Source: Nemertoderma westbladi (Eukaryota > Animalia > Xenacoelomorpha). Taken from it: 40,253 nucleotides of DNA. Under the pieces are notes generated by a model. It was not told where the DNA came from and searched no databases. It worked only from the letters and a program-made list of their open reading frames with translations. The DNA lies in contig JAUCBJ010001960.1 of NCBI GenBank assembly GCA_032718475.1, positions 1 through 40,253 of the forward strand. Reading direction: 5' to 3'. Shown here in pieces: positions 1-12,372 of the stretch; the first letter of the stretch is position 1; each line of letters begins with the position of its first letter. The translations under genes and the position numbers were made by a program.

Positions 1-421
1 AGGCTATCCAACATTTATTCAATTTTTGCACATGCTATCCAACAGTCATTCAATTTTAGCAGAGGGTATCCAACAGTTATTCAATTTTTGCACAGGCTAT
101 CCAACAGTTATTCATTTTTTGAACAGGTAATCCAACATTTATTCAATTTTTGCACAGGCTATCCAACATTAATTCAATTTTTGCACAGGCTATCCAACAG
201 TTATTCAATTTTTGCACAGGCTATCCAACAGTTATTCAATTTTTGCACAGGCTATCAAACAGTTATTCAATTTTTGAACAGGTTATCCAACATTTATTCA
301 ATTTTTGCACAGGCTATCCAACATTAATTCAATTTTTGCACAGGCTATCCAACAGTTATTCAATTTTTGCACAGGCTATCAAACAGTTATTCAATTTTTG
401 CACAGGCTATCTAACAGTTAT
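1..421. repeat. 31-bp tandem repeat (unit ~TTTTTGCACAGGCTATCCAACAGTTATTCAA), ~13 copies, open at the window start
   Basis: Periodicity is visible directly (TGCAC at 151 and 182). It also explains the periodic ORFs at 88-584. Confidence 0.95.
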
Positions 422-1223
422 CGGAAATGTACAGTATTTATTAAAAAGGCCAAAGATTGTTTCCCGGATGTCTGGGATACATTTTACATTATTATGGCAG
501 GAAGTCTCAAATAAATTTACAGTTATACCGGTACCACGTAGGGGCCTACTGATATCAGGATATGCAGCCTTTGTTATACTGTAGAAAGGTTTTTCTGCGC
601 TTTCAGCTACCGTAAATTTAAATTTATTATTACGTACCATGTGATATTTCATTATACATACGACACTTCAAAACGTATTCCAGTAAATATCCAACTTCTT
701 AATATAATTTTACTGTATAATCTTAATTAAGATAAGCACATTCAATAAGCACATACAGTAGGCCATATATTCAATACGATATTGTATTGTATTACACGGA
801 CACGGTGATACAGTATAATAAGTACCGTATTAGTACTACTTGTTCTTGCAAAATGACCAATTTCGCAACTACAGTATGCCTACTGTAAAATATAATTATA
901 ATACAATATTAACAAGCCAATTATTTGCGTTTTTAACACTCAGGGAAGTGTGATTATGTTATGATTCGCCTACAGCATTCTGCAATAATGTGGTTTATAT
1001 ATAAAAATAACTCAAACATACGAGAGAGAGAAATTTATACCTTTTAATATTTATTCGTAATGTTATCACACACATTACATTATAATCTATTTGACAAGGG
1101 CAGTTTGTGATTTAACATTAAATTAAAATTAAATATACAGTAGGAGCATTCAGCGTTCACGATGTTGTAAATAATGTCAAAAAATATCGACATCTTCCGA
1201 AGCATTGGTTCATTAAGGGCGAC

Positions 1224-1625
1224 TTATTTTACATACATCGGTGCTGGTCGAGCTTTATAAACGGGTATAGTTATTGTACCTTCATTAGAAACGAAAAACG
1301 ATATGTGTGAATCTTCCGAATATATGCAGGACGCATCTGAAGGCAAAGGTGAAACAGCTGGTGTATTGTAACCTCGAAACTTGTTTGGCGGCTCAATGGA
1401 TGAAGGAACTCGAAATGTGACAATCGGTGATTTGGGCACTTTGAAGCCTTTGCGTTTCATTAGGAACAACACAAATAATGAAACCACAACGACGACGAGA
1501 CTTCCATAAAAGACACTGCTCACTATGATCAAGGCTATCCTAGATGCTGATGACCAACCAGATGCCATTAATAATGAAATGTTGTCCAAACACGGCCGAG
1601 CACCTATCCAAAAACAGCCGAGCAC
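1224..1625 (-). CDS. Possible small membrane protein ORF, function unknown
   Basis: 133-codon ORF with a long hydrophobic stretch (IALIIVSSVFYGSLVVVVVSLFVLFL) followed by a basic KRK. A minus-strand AATAAA lies near 1050. The track start is not ATG, and no family was recognised. Confidence 0.3.
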   Translation of the reverse strand: MLGCFWIGARPCLDNISLLMASGWSSASRIALIIVSSVFYGSLVVVVVSLFVLFLMKRKGFKVPKSPIVTFRVPSSIEPPNKFRGYNTPAVSPLPSDASCIYSEDSHISFFVSNEGTITIPVYKARPAPMYVK

Positions 1626-4089
1626 GTAAATATTTTCTGAATTTGCAGCTGAGTTTGCATAGGGTACAGTTCCTCTTGTATTTAATTGTAATTATAACAA
1701 AGTTTTAAGAACTTGGACACTACAGTATTATCGAAACACCATGTGTATTATCCTCTGTATAATTATTATTTGCGGATCTTTGTAATATATTTATCTTATT
1801 ACATGTCAGACAATGTCAGTTTATTTGAGTCGGTTTTCCTATTGGTACATTACTGAATGCTCTCCAATGCTCTCCAGTTATGCGTAAAAGTAAGAAAAAT
1901 GCCACACCTAAACTAATACAATGGCATCACTTATTATGTAGTCAGTATTCACCGCACAAAGAGGTTTCTTTGTCGAATATAAGTGTAATGTAGCATGCAG
2001 GTAATGCCTTGGGTGTGTTTTTCAACTCATTTCTTGTAGGCCTATGTTCTCTATGTGAGGAAAGTCACTTTGAGATCTTCTACGGTAGGGGCTATCCTAC
2101 GGCCTACAAATCTACTAATATGAAGCTATAGAATATCTCTAACCGTAAAGTCCAGTAGTATACCGCTTACCAGATCCTAGTAACGATATATCTTACCGTA
2201 AGATCTAGTAATGAAACGGGCTCGTACAGTATCTGACAACAAATCCCAGTCCAGGGTATCTAAACAAACAGATACAATACACAAACGACTACTGGCGAGG
2301 AGCAGAGCCTAGTGTCTATTCTATGTACGTGAGCGGGTCTAATGCCTACGAACTAGACAAAAGGAAACCTGTCCTCTAACCGGTATGGCAGATGTACAGT
2401 TACAGTAACAGACCAAACTCACGGGAAAACAATCCCCGCGCAGCGAATCCTAACTAGCGCTGACAGTCCTAAATACCGTAACTTGCCGCGGTGTGATTTA
2501 TATGGTTTATATACGAGCTAGTGGGTTAACAGACCTAGCGTAACAATACTGATCCCCGTGCTAAATCAGTCTAAAAAGGGTCGTGCCTAATGTAACTATA
2601 CCGCTGCTCTGACAAACAACAGTTTAATAACGAAATAAATACTCCTTCTTGCCGTAACTAAATATCAGATCCTAAATTTACAAATACCAACAGTAAGATA
2701 TATATATATCTGCCTAAAGTAATCTAAAGTGCGCTATCTAGTAGAACTCTAAGGGTAAATATGTTTTAGGGCGTGTGGTGTGTGGGTGTGTTACAATAAA
2801 ACAATTTTGGTGTATATCATTTTACTAGGTTTTAGTGATTCTCTGACCAAAACAATACCGTGCGCTAGCTACTAAAATAAACTAGTCGCGTTTTGTAGAA
2901 CTTTATACTTACAAATGACGTCAAAGCTCTCTCCTTCCTATCCACAACTCAACCCGGGCAACCACGGTGTTAGTAACTACACCCGTGATCGGCACAAATA
3001 CCAGATTCTGGTTGTAAGATAAGAAATAGGGGTTAATTGCTACCGTACGTTAGCTGATCTGGTATACAAATTTGATTCTAGAACTTTGTTGCCGCGGTAG
3101 TTAGCAGCAATACCTATCAGTACGTGGCAAGGCGCGGTAGGATATTAATAAAACCTCCCTAGGCCAAGCGGTGTGCCGGTAGCAGAAATACTCCTTGCCT
3201 GATCAAATAACTAAGTTCAGACAAAGGGGGGGGGGGGGGGGTACTAATGTATATTCTACAAAGCGAACCGGTACCAAACGGTCAGTGGTGCGAATCACTA
3301 AATTATGGAACATATGCTGTCTGTACCTAATATGTACTCGCGTACTGACGGACGGCAATAGTTCGCACCTGTGAGGTATACAGGTTAACCCAGGGATTTG
3401 CAATACTGACTGGGGGGGGGGGGGGGGGGGGGGGGCTCTGTCAGAATATAGTTATTTGATCCTAAATTTTGCGGCGTCCCAGAACGGCGTCACGCTTACC
3501 CTGATCTATAGGTCTTACGTCGGGCAAGGGCGTCAAACAAAGTCTTACCTTCCTCGGAAATCGGGCGCTGCATGGCAAGGTGGAGTATTTCGTAGGGCGA
3601 AGGGGGTGCGCGGTCTAATCTAATGTGGGCGCTAGCGTGTTGTGGACATCATTTCCCTGCGTTGCTGACGGCCTAACGGTCTAGGCGGCCATCTTCCTAA
3701 TGCTTGGCTGTCCCAAAGGTGGACGTTCAGAAATATACATGTTCAGAAGTTTACAGTATATTTACAGTTTTCAAAGATTTATCAAACAGATTACTAAATT
3801 TATAACAAAAGAAACAAATACTAAGTTAACAAGAGTTAACAAAGTAAGAGTGACAACTAGAATGATAAATATAGTCAAGGTGATAACCGAAGGCAAACCA
3901 GCCCTTTATATACTAAATATGGGACATAGAATCCGCTAGAACCTTCCAGAGCATTCCATGGCCTCACATTGGAGCAATAAGATGTTCTATGCCCTATGAT
4001 TGGCCCAACTCATCGCTCCATGTGTTGTACGCACCTCATTGGTTTATCTAATTATACCAAATGAAAATAAATTGCCCAAAAATGCAAAT

Positions 4090-4161
4090 TTCCCGACTGA
4101 GATTCGAACTCGTAACCTATCTGTAATGTAACCAACGCCTTAACCATCTGACCACTACGCC
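4090..4161 (-). pseudogene. tRNA-derived sequence (pseudo-tRNA or SINE head)
   Basis: Minus strand reads GGCGTAGTGGTCAGATGGTTAAGGCG...ACGAGTTCGAATCTCAG, with Pol III A-box-like TGGTCAGATGG and B-box GTTCGAATC at tRNA spacing. The acceptor stem does not pair. Confidence 0.65.
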
Positions 4162-4840
4162 ATGAGATTAACTACGGGTTTTATGTGTACCAATATGAAT
4201 AGACATATTACATTACTGTAATTTAATCAAAATGCGTCGGATTTTAGAAAGTTTTTACGTTAAACTACAAATGCTATCTTATAGTGAAATAATCCATCAC
4301 CGCTCCATGAAAACAGTAAGTAAGGCTGTTTTCACCAATCGAAATATAAACTATTTACAAAATATTTTTAAGTCTACTTGTGGGGGGGCCTAAAATATAA
4401 AATAATCACTACCTAATTATTGCATACTTAATATTGCAGGTACGGCGTAAATACAATCTATCATACATACAAATACAAATTTACCAATTAACTTTAGTGC
4501 ATAAAATACAAAAAAAAGCTTTCGGTTATCAAGATAAGCAAATTAAACAAAATCAGAACAAAACAAATCAGAACAAATTAAATCAGAACAAATTAAACAA
4601 ATAATTCCAAAGTTTTCAATAATCTTTCATATATTGTAAATATACATAATAAATTTACCAAATTAAATCAGTCCAAATATAATTAACATAAAGCGCTAAT
4701 AAATTCCAAATAAGTCTTAAAGTGTCCTCCTGACGAATTAAAGTTCGTCCTACTGTTCCGGACATCCTCTCCCGAGCACTAATTGCCAACGGCAGGCCCA
4801 CAAGCCTTCCTTCTCTATCTCGCTCCTTCAAAACCAACGT

Positions 4841-4937
4841 CCAATATAAATATCCAAATATAATATCCAAATATAAATATCCAATATAAATATCCAATAT
4901 AAACATCCAAATAAAATATCCAATATAAATATCCAAT
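4841..4937. repeat. ~13-bp tandem repeat (ATCCAATATAAAT)
   Basis: About 7 imperfect copies visible. Confidence 0.85.
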
Positions 4938-7240
4938 CGGTAGGCTCGCAAGCCTTCCTTTCTTCATCTCGCGCTCCTATTCCTTGGCTGAACGGGCTTG
5001 TCCACGCCCTCTAATACGATTGGGTGGTGGTCGGGATCGAACTGGACTCGGACTTCGGTGTCGAGCTGTCGGTGGTTCTAAAACGCTAGGAAAGGGGACG
5101 ACGGGAGTTTCGCACATCCGTCGTGCACTCAGTCCTCTAAATCCTCGTCCAATTCCAATTGTTGGCTTAACATCGGATCGAGTCTCCACAACGCTGGGAG
5201 GAAGTCGAAAGGGTGGGACTGTTCCGTCCGCTGACACCTCGCTCTCTGACGTCGTCTGAATTCTAATGGGTTCCGGCAAAGCGTATCCTGTCCCTCCGCG
5301 TGGTTCTCTAGCGAGGGAAACCGTGCCCCGAGTCATCCGGATTTGCGACTTCGATGTCGTCCTCTCGGCGACATTTACTACCTTCTTAATCTCTTATCCG
5401 CCCTTCTGGGCTCTAAGTATACGAAGTTGCGAAATGAAATGAATGTTACAACTACAATGCACCCCAATGAAAACCCTCCATATTATTGCAAGGTGCACCC
5501 TGACCACCAATATCCAGGTGCACCCCAATATTAAGATAATACTTTCCTTGTTTTTTTCTAATAATAATATATTCTACATTTATGAAAACACCTGATAATA
5601 TATTTAATTAAACAGCAGACGATTATGTGATGAATATTATATTTGCTATTTATATACCATAACATGAAATATAAATGGGTACTTTTATATTCGGCTATAG
5701 CAATTGTAGTTTCACTAAAATCTGAAATTACATTATCATTTTAAAGTTTTTGCTTGAAACGGGTATCTGAATTAATGTGATAAAAATATAAATTATAAAT
5801 AATTATTAATATAAAGAGCTGCACTACAATAGAGCAAATAAAGATATCTTTATTTTCTACAGTTGGTCAATATAGGAAATAAATATAATATGTATCTAAT
5901 AACAAGATTTTCATTCATATTTAGTATCATAGGGCTATAATTAAGTTAAGGGCTATATTAATAAGAATGATTAGTTTTACTACAGTGTACTGATTTAGTT
6001 AAGATATCTTTGAAATATATTTTAATTATATATCACTGATTATTAATATAATACATGCAGCATGAGTATAATTTTAATTAATTTTAATGTTTATTACAAA
6101 AACATCAAAAATATTACCAGTACCACAGACCTGGTTATGTGAAAGCATACAGTGACATCCTGGTCACAATAATATTACTGCACTATATGAAAGTAGAATG
6201 CTCAGCAAAATTAGAAAATAAAAGGAAAGTTATAGTAATAAAAAACAATACTTTAATTACTATGCAATCTACATTACTTATTCTTTATTTTAATTATGAT
6301 GATATAGGATTTATACAGAACAATTTATTATAATAGTAATGTAATAAGTAAAATATATTTTCTATAATACGTATGTGATTTTTGACCTAACGCTAATTTT
6401 TGAACCAAATGTTGATTTTTTTGCCGTCAGTCCAATTGACTGACGACTCATTCAAGGTGAAAAAGTTGTCAGTCAAAATGACTGATGACTCGTTTAGGAT
6501 TGCAGAGTTCTTGTGAGGAATTGTACATACTGTGTACTATTGTAAACAACATTCAAGATGTTCATTGGAATTCTAAATATCTGTCGGCAGCAAGCTTTAT
6601 TAAAATGAGAGAAAGCTCTTCATATTTAAATATACCACTACGATGAATTTAACGTATATTTTTTTAATGCAAAATATTGTTTCATTGTTTGATTTTGTTT
6701 GTTTGTAAAGTAAAGTTATGCAGAGGAAATTTATAATTTTGGGTTTTCCAACTCTATGTTTTCCAAATCTTCTCTGGTCAGACCATGATAGCCGAAACAT
6801 CGGATTGGAAACATATTAACTTTCAGCCAATTTGGTCCAAGCCAATGCCTTCTAGTCACCCACTCTAATTACTTTTCAAATTGATCATCATTGGTAAAAA
6901 TGTGATTTGTTGCAAGTGTCTTGGTTCATGAGCAAGAAGATGGTTTTCGATTTCAAAAATATAGCTTCGACTTTCACTTGTTTCTCCGAAAAAAATGGGA
7001 CAAAAAGGACATTTTGCCCAAAATCAACGCACATTTAGGCTACTTTTATATTTGGACAGTTTTATTGGATTATCTAAAAATTCCAGAATATACTTCATTC
7101 ATTCATATGTTAAAGGTACATTGAGCACCACTTGCTACTACAGTTTGTTATACTTTCAATATTTTAAGTTCATTATAAACACCGTCTGCAATTCACTGAG
7201 AATTTGCTTGTCTACTCTGTTTGAGTATGATGATGATAAT

Positions 7241-7776
7241 ATGATCTCTCTAGATGAAATAATGTCACAAGAATATCCGTTTTATCTATTCACTGGACTG
7301 CCTACGTTTTCAAACTACCGAATTAAAAGACTGATTGGTATAGAAATGCGAAACATATTTAATAATGACGAGAACAACTATGATGTAAAACAGGTTGATT
7401 CAAGAACTGGCCATCCATACTTCTTGGTGAGGGAAGTTTACAAACTTCAAGAATCCCACCTTATTTATGCTGCCATTGCTGAAAACGTGGATGTCAGTGA
7501 TCTGGCCCTGTATGTATCCGGCTGTAAAGTCGCGTTCCTCCGATTACCAACAGGAATGGACATATTCGAATACTATCATACATGGCTTCTGCTGAGACGA
7601 AATAATGGCGGAGTACATATCATGGAAATGGCCAAGGAACCATGGGATGACATAGAAGGGAATGTTCTCGTCACCATAAACAATACTGAAGAAGTGCATA
7701 ACCGTAGACCTGGAACAATTGCTATGGATACAAGTTATATGAAACATACACAAGGCATCAACATGGCCAAAACTAT
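7241..7776 (+). pseudogene. 5' part of an H-box/NC (LRAT/PLAAT-like) protein gene interrupted by BEL element 1
   Basis: Part of ORF 6995-7834. It contains the H-box-like GCKVAFLR...YYHTWLLL...VHIME, and the frame continues exactly across the TSD at 19099. The start Met at 7241 is a guess. Confidence 0.6.
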
Positions 7777-8359
7777 TGTGAGCGGATTCAATTCCGCCCA
7801 CCACCCCATAAAGTTGGGAAGTGGCACCTTTTAGCAATATTGGGGATACGAGGTTAATCCCCAATTAACCTCGTATCACACACCCAGTAAATGGGGACAA
7901 CAAACCCCGAAGGGCCACACACAAAAGGAGGTCAGAGGTTAAACCTCTGGGAGGGGAAAGTAACAGCAGTGAGGGGGAAACACTCCCACAGAGTTGAGGG
8001 CGAGAATTAGGTTATTGGCCAATGAGAGCCAAGAAACGCATCCGCTAGGTACAATGGCCATAAGTAATGTAGCTAATCAATATATATATTACCGGTCAGT
8101 GCCCAACATTCAGTTATCTCAGTTGTTCAGGGCAGTAAGGTGACACTTTATACCGTCACCGCCATCACCAATTATTATTCTGTATTACTGATTTACCGAC
8201 ACTGTGCTATCTGTATTACATTATCATTGTATACTATATATTACCATCAAAGTTTATCAACAATATCGGAACAACAAACTCTTCCTTTTCCAATCACACG
8301 GTGCGGCCCTGACGCGTAAATAAACCAAAACTCGGTCGGGATCCTCTGATCCCGTCACA
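7777..8359 (+). repeat. 5' LTR of element 1 (583 bp)
   Basis: TG...CA ends, CCAAT ~8019, TATA-like run ~8080-8090, TCAGT Inr-like motifs ~8096-8124, AATAAA 8319-8324. Matches 18511-19098. Confidence 0.95.
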
Positions 8360-8423
8360 GTATAAAGTTACCCACTGACCCTAAAGAAACTGTGACTGCC
8401 AGCCACTATTCAGAAAGTCAAAG

Positions 8424-10099
8424 ATGAGCGAACACCGAGACTTAGAGGGAGAGACGACACCGCCGCGGACCCCAGACGATACGAACGAAACGATCCGCGA
8501 GGCCGCGACGCGACGGTATCGACCCGCAACACTGGACTCACCGGAGAGGAATGATCCGGTAGCCCAGGCGGAGGGCGGCCGTCTACCACAACGAGGGACG
8601 AGTGAGTGGAGAGAAGGGAGAGACGAGTCGACGCACGATGGCGCATGTCGCCGGCCAGCCACAGGCCGAGGGTGACGGACGGCCCACCGGAACGGCGATG
8701 GTGGGGCCGCTGGTACGATGCCGAACGCGGAGAGAAAGATGAGATGTCGGCGACGAGGACGCCGGGGTCAGCGACCGGCTCCGGCGGGCTTACAACGCCA
8801 CAAAGAAACAGCTGAGGGAAGCCAAGGAAGGAGCAAAGGTGGACCAGGTGAAACTAGAGAAGCGACTAGGTGAGTCGAACAAACATTTTAAATACCTAGT
8901 TCACTTCGGGCAGGGAGAACTAGCCAGTGAGAGAGCGAGGTGGGTCGCCACCGAACTATTTGAACTGTGGCGATCCGGGATTATGGAGCCCCAAATTGTG
9001 TACATAGGGCTGTATTTAGTGGATGCCAGGGGTATTAAGTTAGTGGGTTGGGCAGACCCACACGAGGGCGAATCCGAGATGAACCCTGAGGATTCGGTCT
9101 CGTCGGTTAGCGAAAATCCCAGAAAGCGGGGGAAAGTTAGCAGGACGGAGAGGCGACGGGAGTCCGTCGCGACCGTCAAGTTCGCTACATCCTCCACAAA
9201 GTAAGAAGGGTGTTAGAAATAGATCTGGCGTGCCAGTTGGATATGGTGGCGCTAGACCAAAAGGAGTTAGAGAGACAGTTGGAAGAGGGGAGTGCATTGT
9301 TGGAAAGAGAGAGGGATCTGGCGAGAGAGAATAGAGAGAGGGCCGAGAGGGTCGCGAGAAACTTCAGAGTGTATGAGGAGATATAAATGAGGGAAGGAAA
9401 GGAGTGGGAAGAGCGAGAGGCAAAAGAGATGAGTGAACGTAAAGATCGAGAGGCGAAAGAGGCGAGTGAACGTAAAGAGTGTGAGGCGAGAGGGGCGACC
9501 GAGCGAAAAGAGCGTGAGGCGAGACGACTTGAGAGGATTGCGAGAGAGGCGGAATTGGCCGAGCAGAGTCTGCGAGAAGATAGGGAGAGAGAGAGAACGG
9601 GAAAGCGTGTGCGAGATGATATGCATGCCCGGCTGAGGGGATGCAATATCAGGCCAAACAAAAGCGCCGACTGGAACTGGCGCAGTTGGGGCTGTCAGAA
9701 AGTGAGGCTGGCTCGGGTAGTATTTATGGGGAGCCAGAAGTTATGGAAACGTTTGTTAATACCCCACTTACAGGAACCGGACGACAGACCCAAGACTGGT
9801 GTAACCATATGGGCGGGGGGGGGGGGGGGGTGGTAATAATAATACGTTAGAGAACGTTAATATTAATAGTACCGTAGTGGATAACCCTAATCAAACTTTT
9901 ATTGCAGGAAATAATATTTTGCCCGATAATAGTCATTTAAATCCGAACGACCCTAATCTAAATGTAGAAAATAATTCAAATAACCCAGATTCGAATTTAC
10001 AAAATAATTCAAATAATTTAAATATGCAAAATAATCTAAATAATAATCTTAATTCAAACGAACACTCCAACCAAAATATATATTGGAAAACAATATTAA
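8424..10099 (+). pseudogene. gag: Gag N-terminal region of element 1 (frameshifted; E/R-rich coiled-coil, poly-Gly and Asn-rich parts)
   Basis: ORFs 8424, 8839, 9387, 9641 and 9877 are colinear with element 2 ORFs at 22263-23900. The region resumes after the piggyBac insertion at 12068-12355. Confidence 0.75.
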
Positions 10100-12063
10100 C
10101 CCTTTCCGGCCGACTGTATATTTTTGTATACACTGAATTTATTTCACTACGAATTGCATAATTTTAACTAATTATAGTTGGTTTCATCCAATTGAGGCAC
10201 TATCACACTTCCTTTACTTATAAATTACCGATTCTGATTGGATAATTGTAGTAGAAGGCTTCAATGAACGATTTTAGATGCCGTGTTTTCAGGTATTGAC
10301 ATGATGACTACCTGGCATAGGAAAGATGGTTATTTAAATGCTTTGGCAAAGCGATATTGAGAATTTTGATTGGGTATTCCAAAGATGGATTGTCCAATGA
10401 GATAATAATACTTCCAGGATAAACTTTACAGTACAGGTAGGCTGGTAGTGTTATTGATAAACCACTGTATACATTTGTCTACGTTAGGTTTATAAAGTTG
10501 GGGAGTAGAAGTGGTGCAGCCACAGTTGTGGAGTAGATGTGGTGCAGCACCGTTGGGGAGTAGATGTGATTCAGCCACCGTTTGTGTGATGTGGTGCTTC
10601 CACCATTGGGGTGTGTGTAGGCCTAGATGTGGTGCAGCCACCATGGGGAGTAGATGTTGACCATAGGATAGTAGAGGTGATGCAGCCACCATTGTGGATA
10701 GATGTGGTGCAGTCGCCATTGGAGAGTAGATGTGGAACAGCCTCCATTGGGGAGTAGATGTGGCGTAGCCACCATAGGGGTGTAGATGTTGACCATTGGG
10801 CCTTGGGAGTAGATGTGATGCAGCCACTATTGGGGAGTAGATGTGGTACATCCACCACCGTAGGGGTGTAGATATGGTGCAGCCACCATTGGAGAGTAAA
10901 TCTGGCGCACCCACCATTGGGGAGTAGATGTGGTGCAGCCACCATTGGGGAGTAAATCTGGCGCACCCATCATTTGGGAGTAGATGTGGTGCAGCCACCA
11001 TTGATGAGTAGATGTGGTGCAGCCACCATTGGGGAGTAGATGTGGTGCAGCCACCATTGATGAGTAGATGTGGTGCAGCCACCATTAGGGAGTAGATGCT
11101 GACCATTGATGAGTAGATGTGGTGCAGCCACCATAGTGGAGTAGATGTTAACCATTGGGCCTTGGTAGTAGATGTGATTCAGCCACCATTGGGGAGTAGA
11201 TGTGGTGCAGCCACCATTGATGAGTAGATGTGGTGCAGCCACCATTGGGGAGTAGATGCTGACCATTGATGAGTAGATGTGGTGCAGCCACCATAGTGGA
11301 GTAGATGCTGAGCATTGATGAGTCGATGTGGTGTAGCCACCATATGGAGTAAATGTTGACCATTGGGGAGTAGATGTGGTGTAGCCACCATATGGAGTAG
11401 ATGTTAACCATTGGGCCATGGGAGTAGATATGATTCAGCCACCATTGGGGATTAGATGTGGTGCAGCCACCGTTGGGGAGTAGATGTAGTACACCCACAG
11501 TAAACAGGCAGGGCAGATAGACATACAAACAGTTGAAAAAAGTTAGTCGAAACTGTTTTTTTCAAACTTGAACAAAACTGACAGAAAAAAACATTCACTG
11601 TATAATTCTTCATTTTAAGTTTTTTGTCGCACTGTGTTGCTTTTAAACAACGTGTGTTGTGAAAACACACAAAATTATAAAATTTTGGCATTTTGGCAAA
11701 TTTCAAAGTATTGACAGCTTTTCATTCCGAAAAAACATAATTTAAATTTTTTTCATTAAAATTGCCTGCTCGTTGCATGTTTTGTTTATTCTCTATATTA
11801 TATATATATATATAGAATATACTTACTATACGATGTATGTATGTAAGTAAGTACGTACAATCTAGAGTTCGTATACAAAAGTATACATTGGGAACATGTT
11901 TCATATACCTAACGTATACTTTTGTATACAATAAAAAAAACAACATTGGAAATAATTTTTTGAAAATTTTTTCATCGAAAATTATTATTTGGTGTATAAT
12001 TAACCCATTAACAAGACCAACCAATTTTTTTTCCTAAATTAAATTAATTCAGGCCGGAAAGGG
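10100..12063. mobile_element. Non-autonomous piggyBac-type DNA transposon nested in element 1 gag
   Basis: TTAA (10096-10099), then CCCTTTCCGGCC ... GGCCGGAAAGGG, then TTAA (12064-12067): a perfect 12-bp TIR with TTAA TSD. No transposase ORF, and the insertion is absent from element 2. Confidence 0.92.
10495..11495. repeat. 28-29 bp minisatellite (GAGTAGATGTGGTGCAGCCACCATTGGG/GAT) inside the piggyBac element
   Basis: Periodicity is visible directly and generates the repetitive minus-strand ORFs at 10426-11528. Confidence 0.93.
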
Positions 12064-12372
12064 TTAATGGTGCTATTAATGTAAACGCGGCTAATGTAGG
12101 TGGTCCGACCAGCGGGGGCCTGGTAGGCCACAGAGCTAGTGTGCAGGGAGTAGCGGGGGTGAGAGACCCCGAGCGGGGCCTGGTAGGCCACGTAGTTAGT
12201 ACGCAGGGAGTAGGGGGGTTGAGTCAACCCGACGCGAGCCTGCCAGGCAACGCAGTGATAGAGGGAGAGGCGGGGGTGAATAGACCCAGCCGTAGTGGAG
12301 TTAGTGCGTCGACTAGAGAGGGGTGTAGAAGTGAAGTAAGAGATAGTGAAGTGATCGAATTTAAATGGTTCT

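Noticed and set aside
88-584. ORFs in the first tandem repeat
   Set aside because: They are artefacts of a stop-free 31-bp unit.
4977-5336. Arg/Pro-rich minus-strand ORF
   Set aside because: A GC-rich island with ORFs on both strands and no recognisable motif, so a gene call cannot be supported.
7775-7795. Similarity to the lac operator (ATTGTGAGCGGATTCAATT versus AATTGTGAGCGGATAACAATT)
   Set aside because: It is the LTR terminus plus part of the TSD, recurs in the other LTRs as a covarying hairpin, and has no vector context. The similarity is coincidental.
10426-11528. His/Trp-rich minus-strand ORFs
   Set aside because: They are translations of the minisatellite in all three frames.
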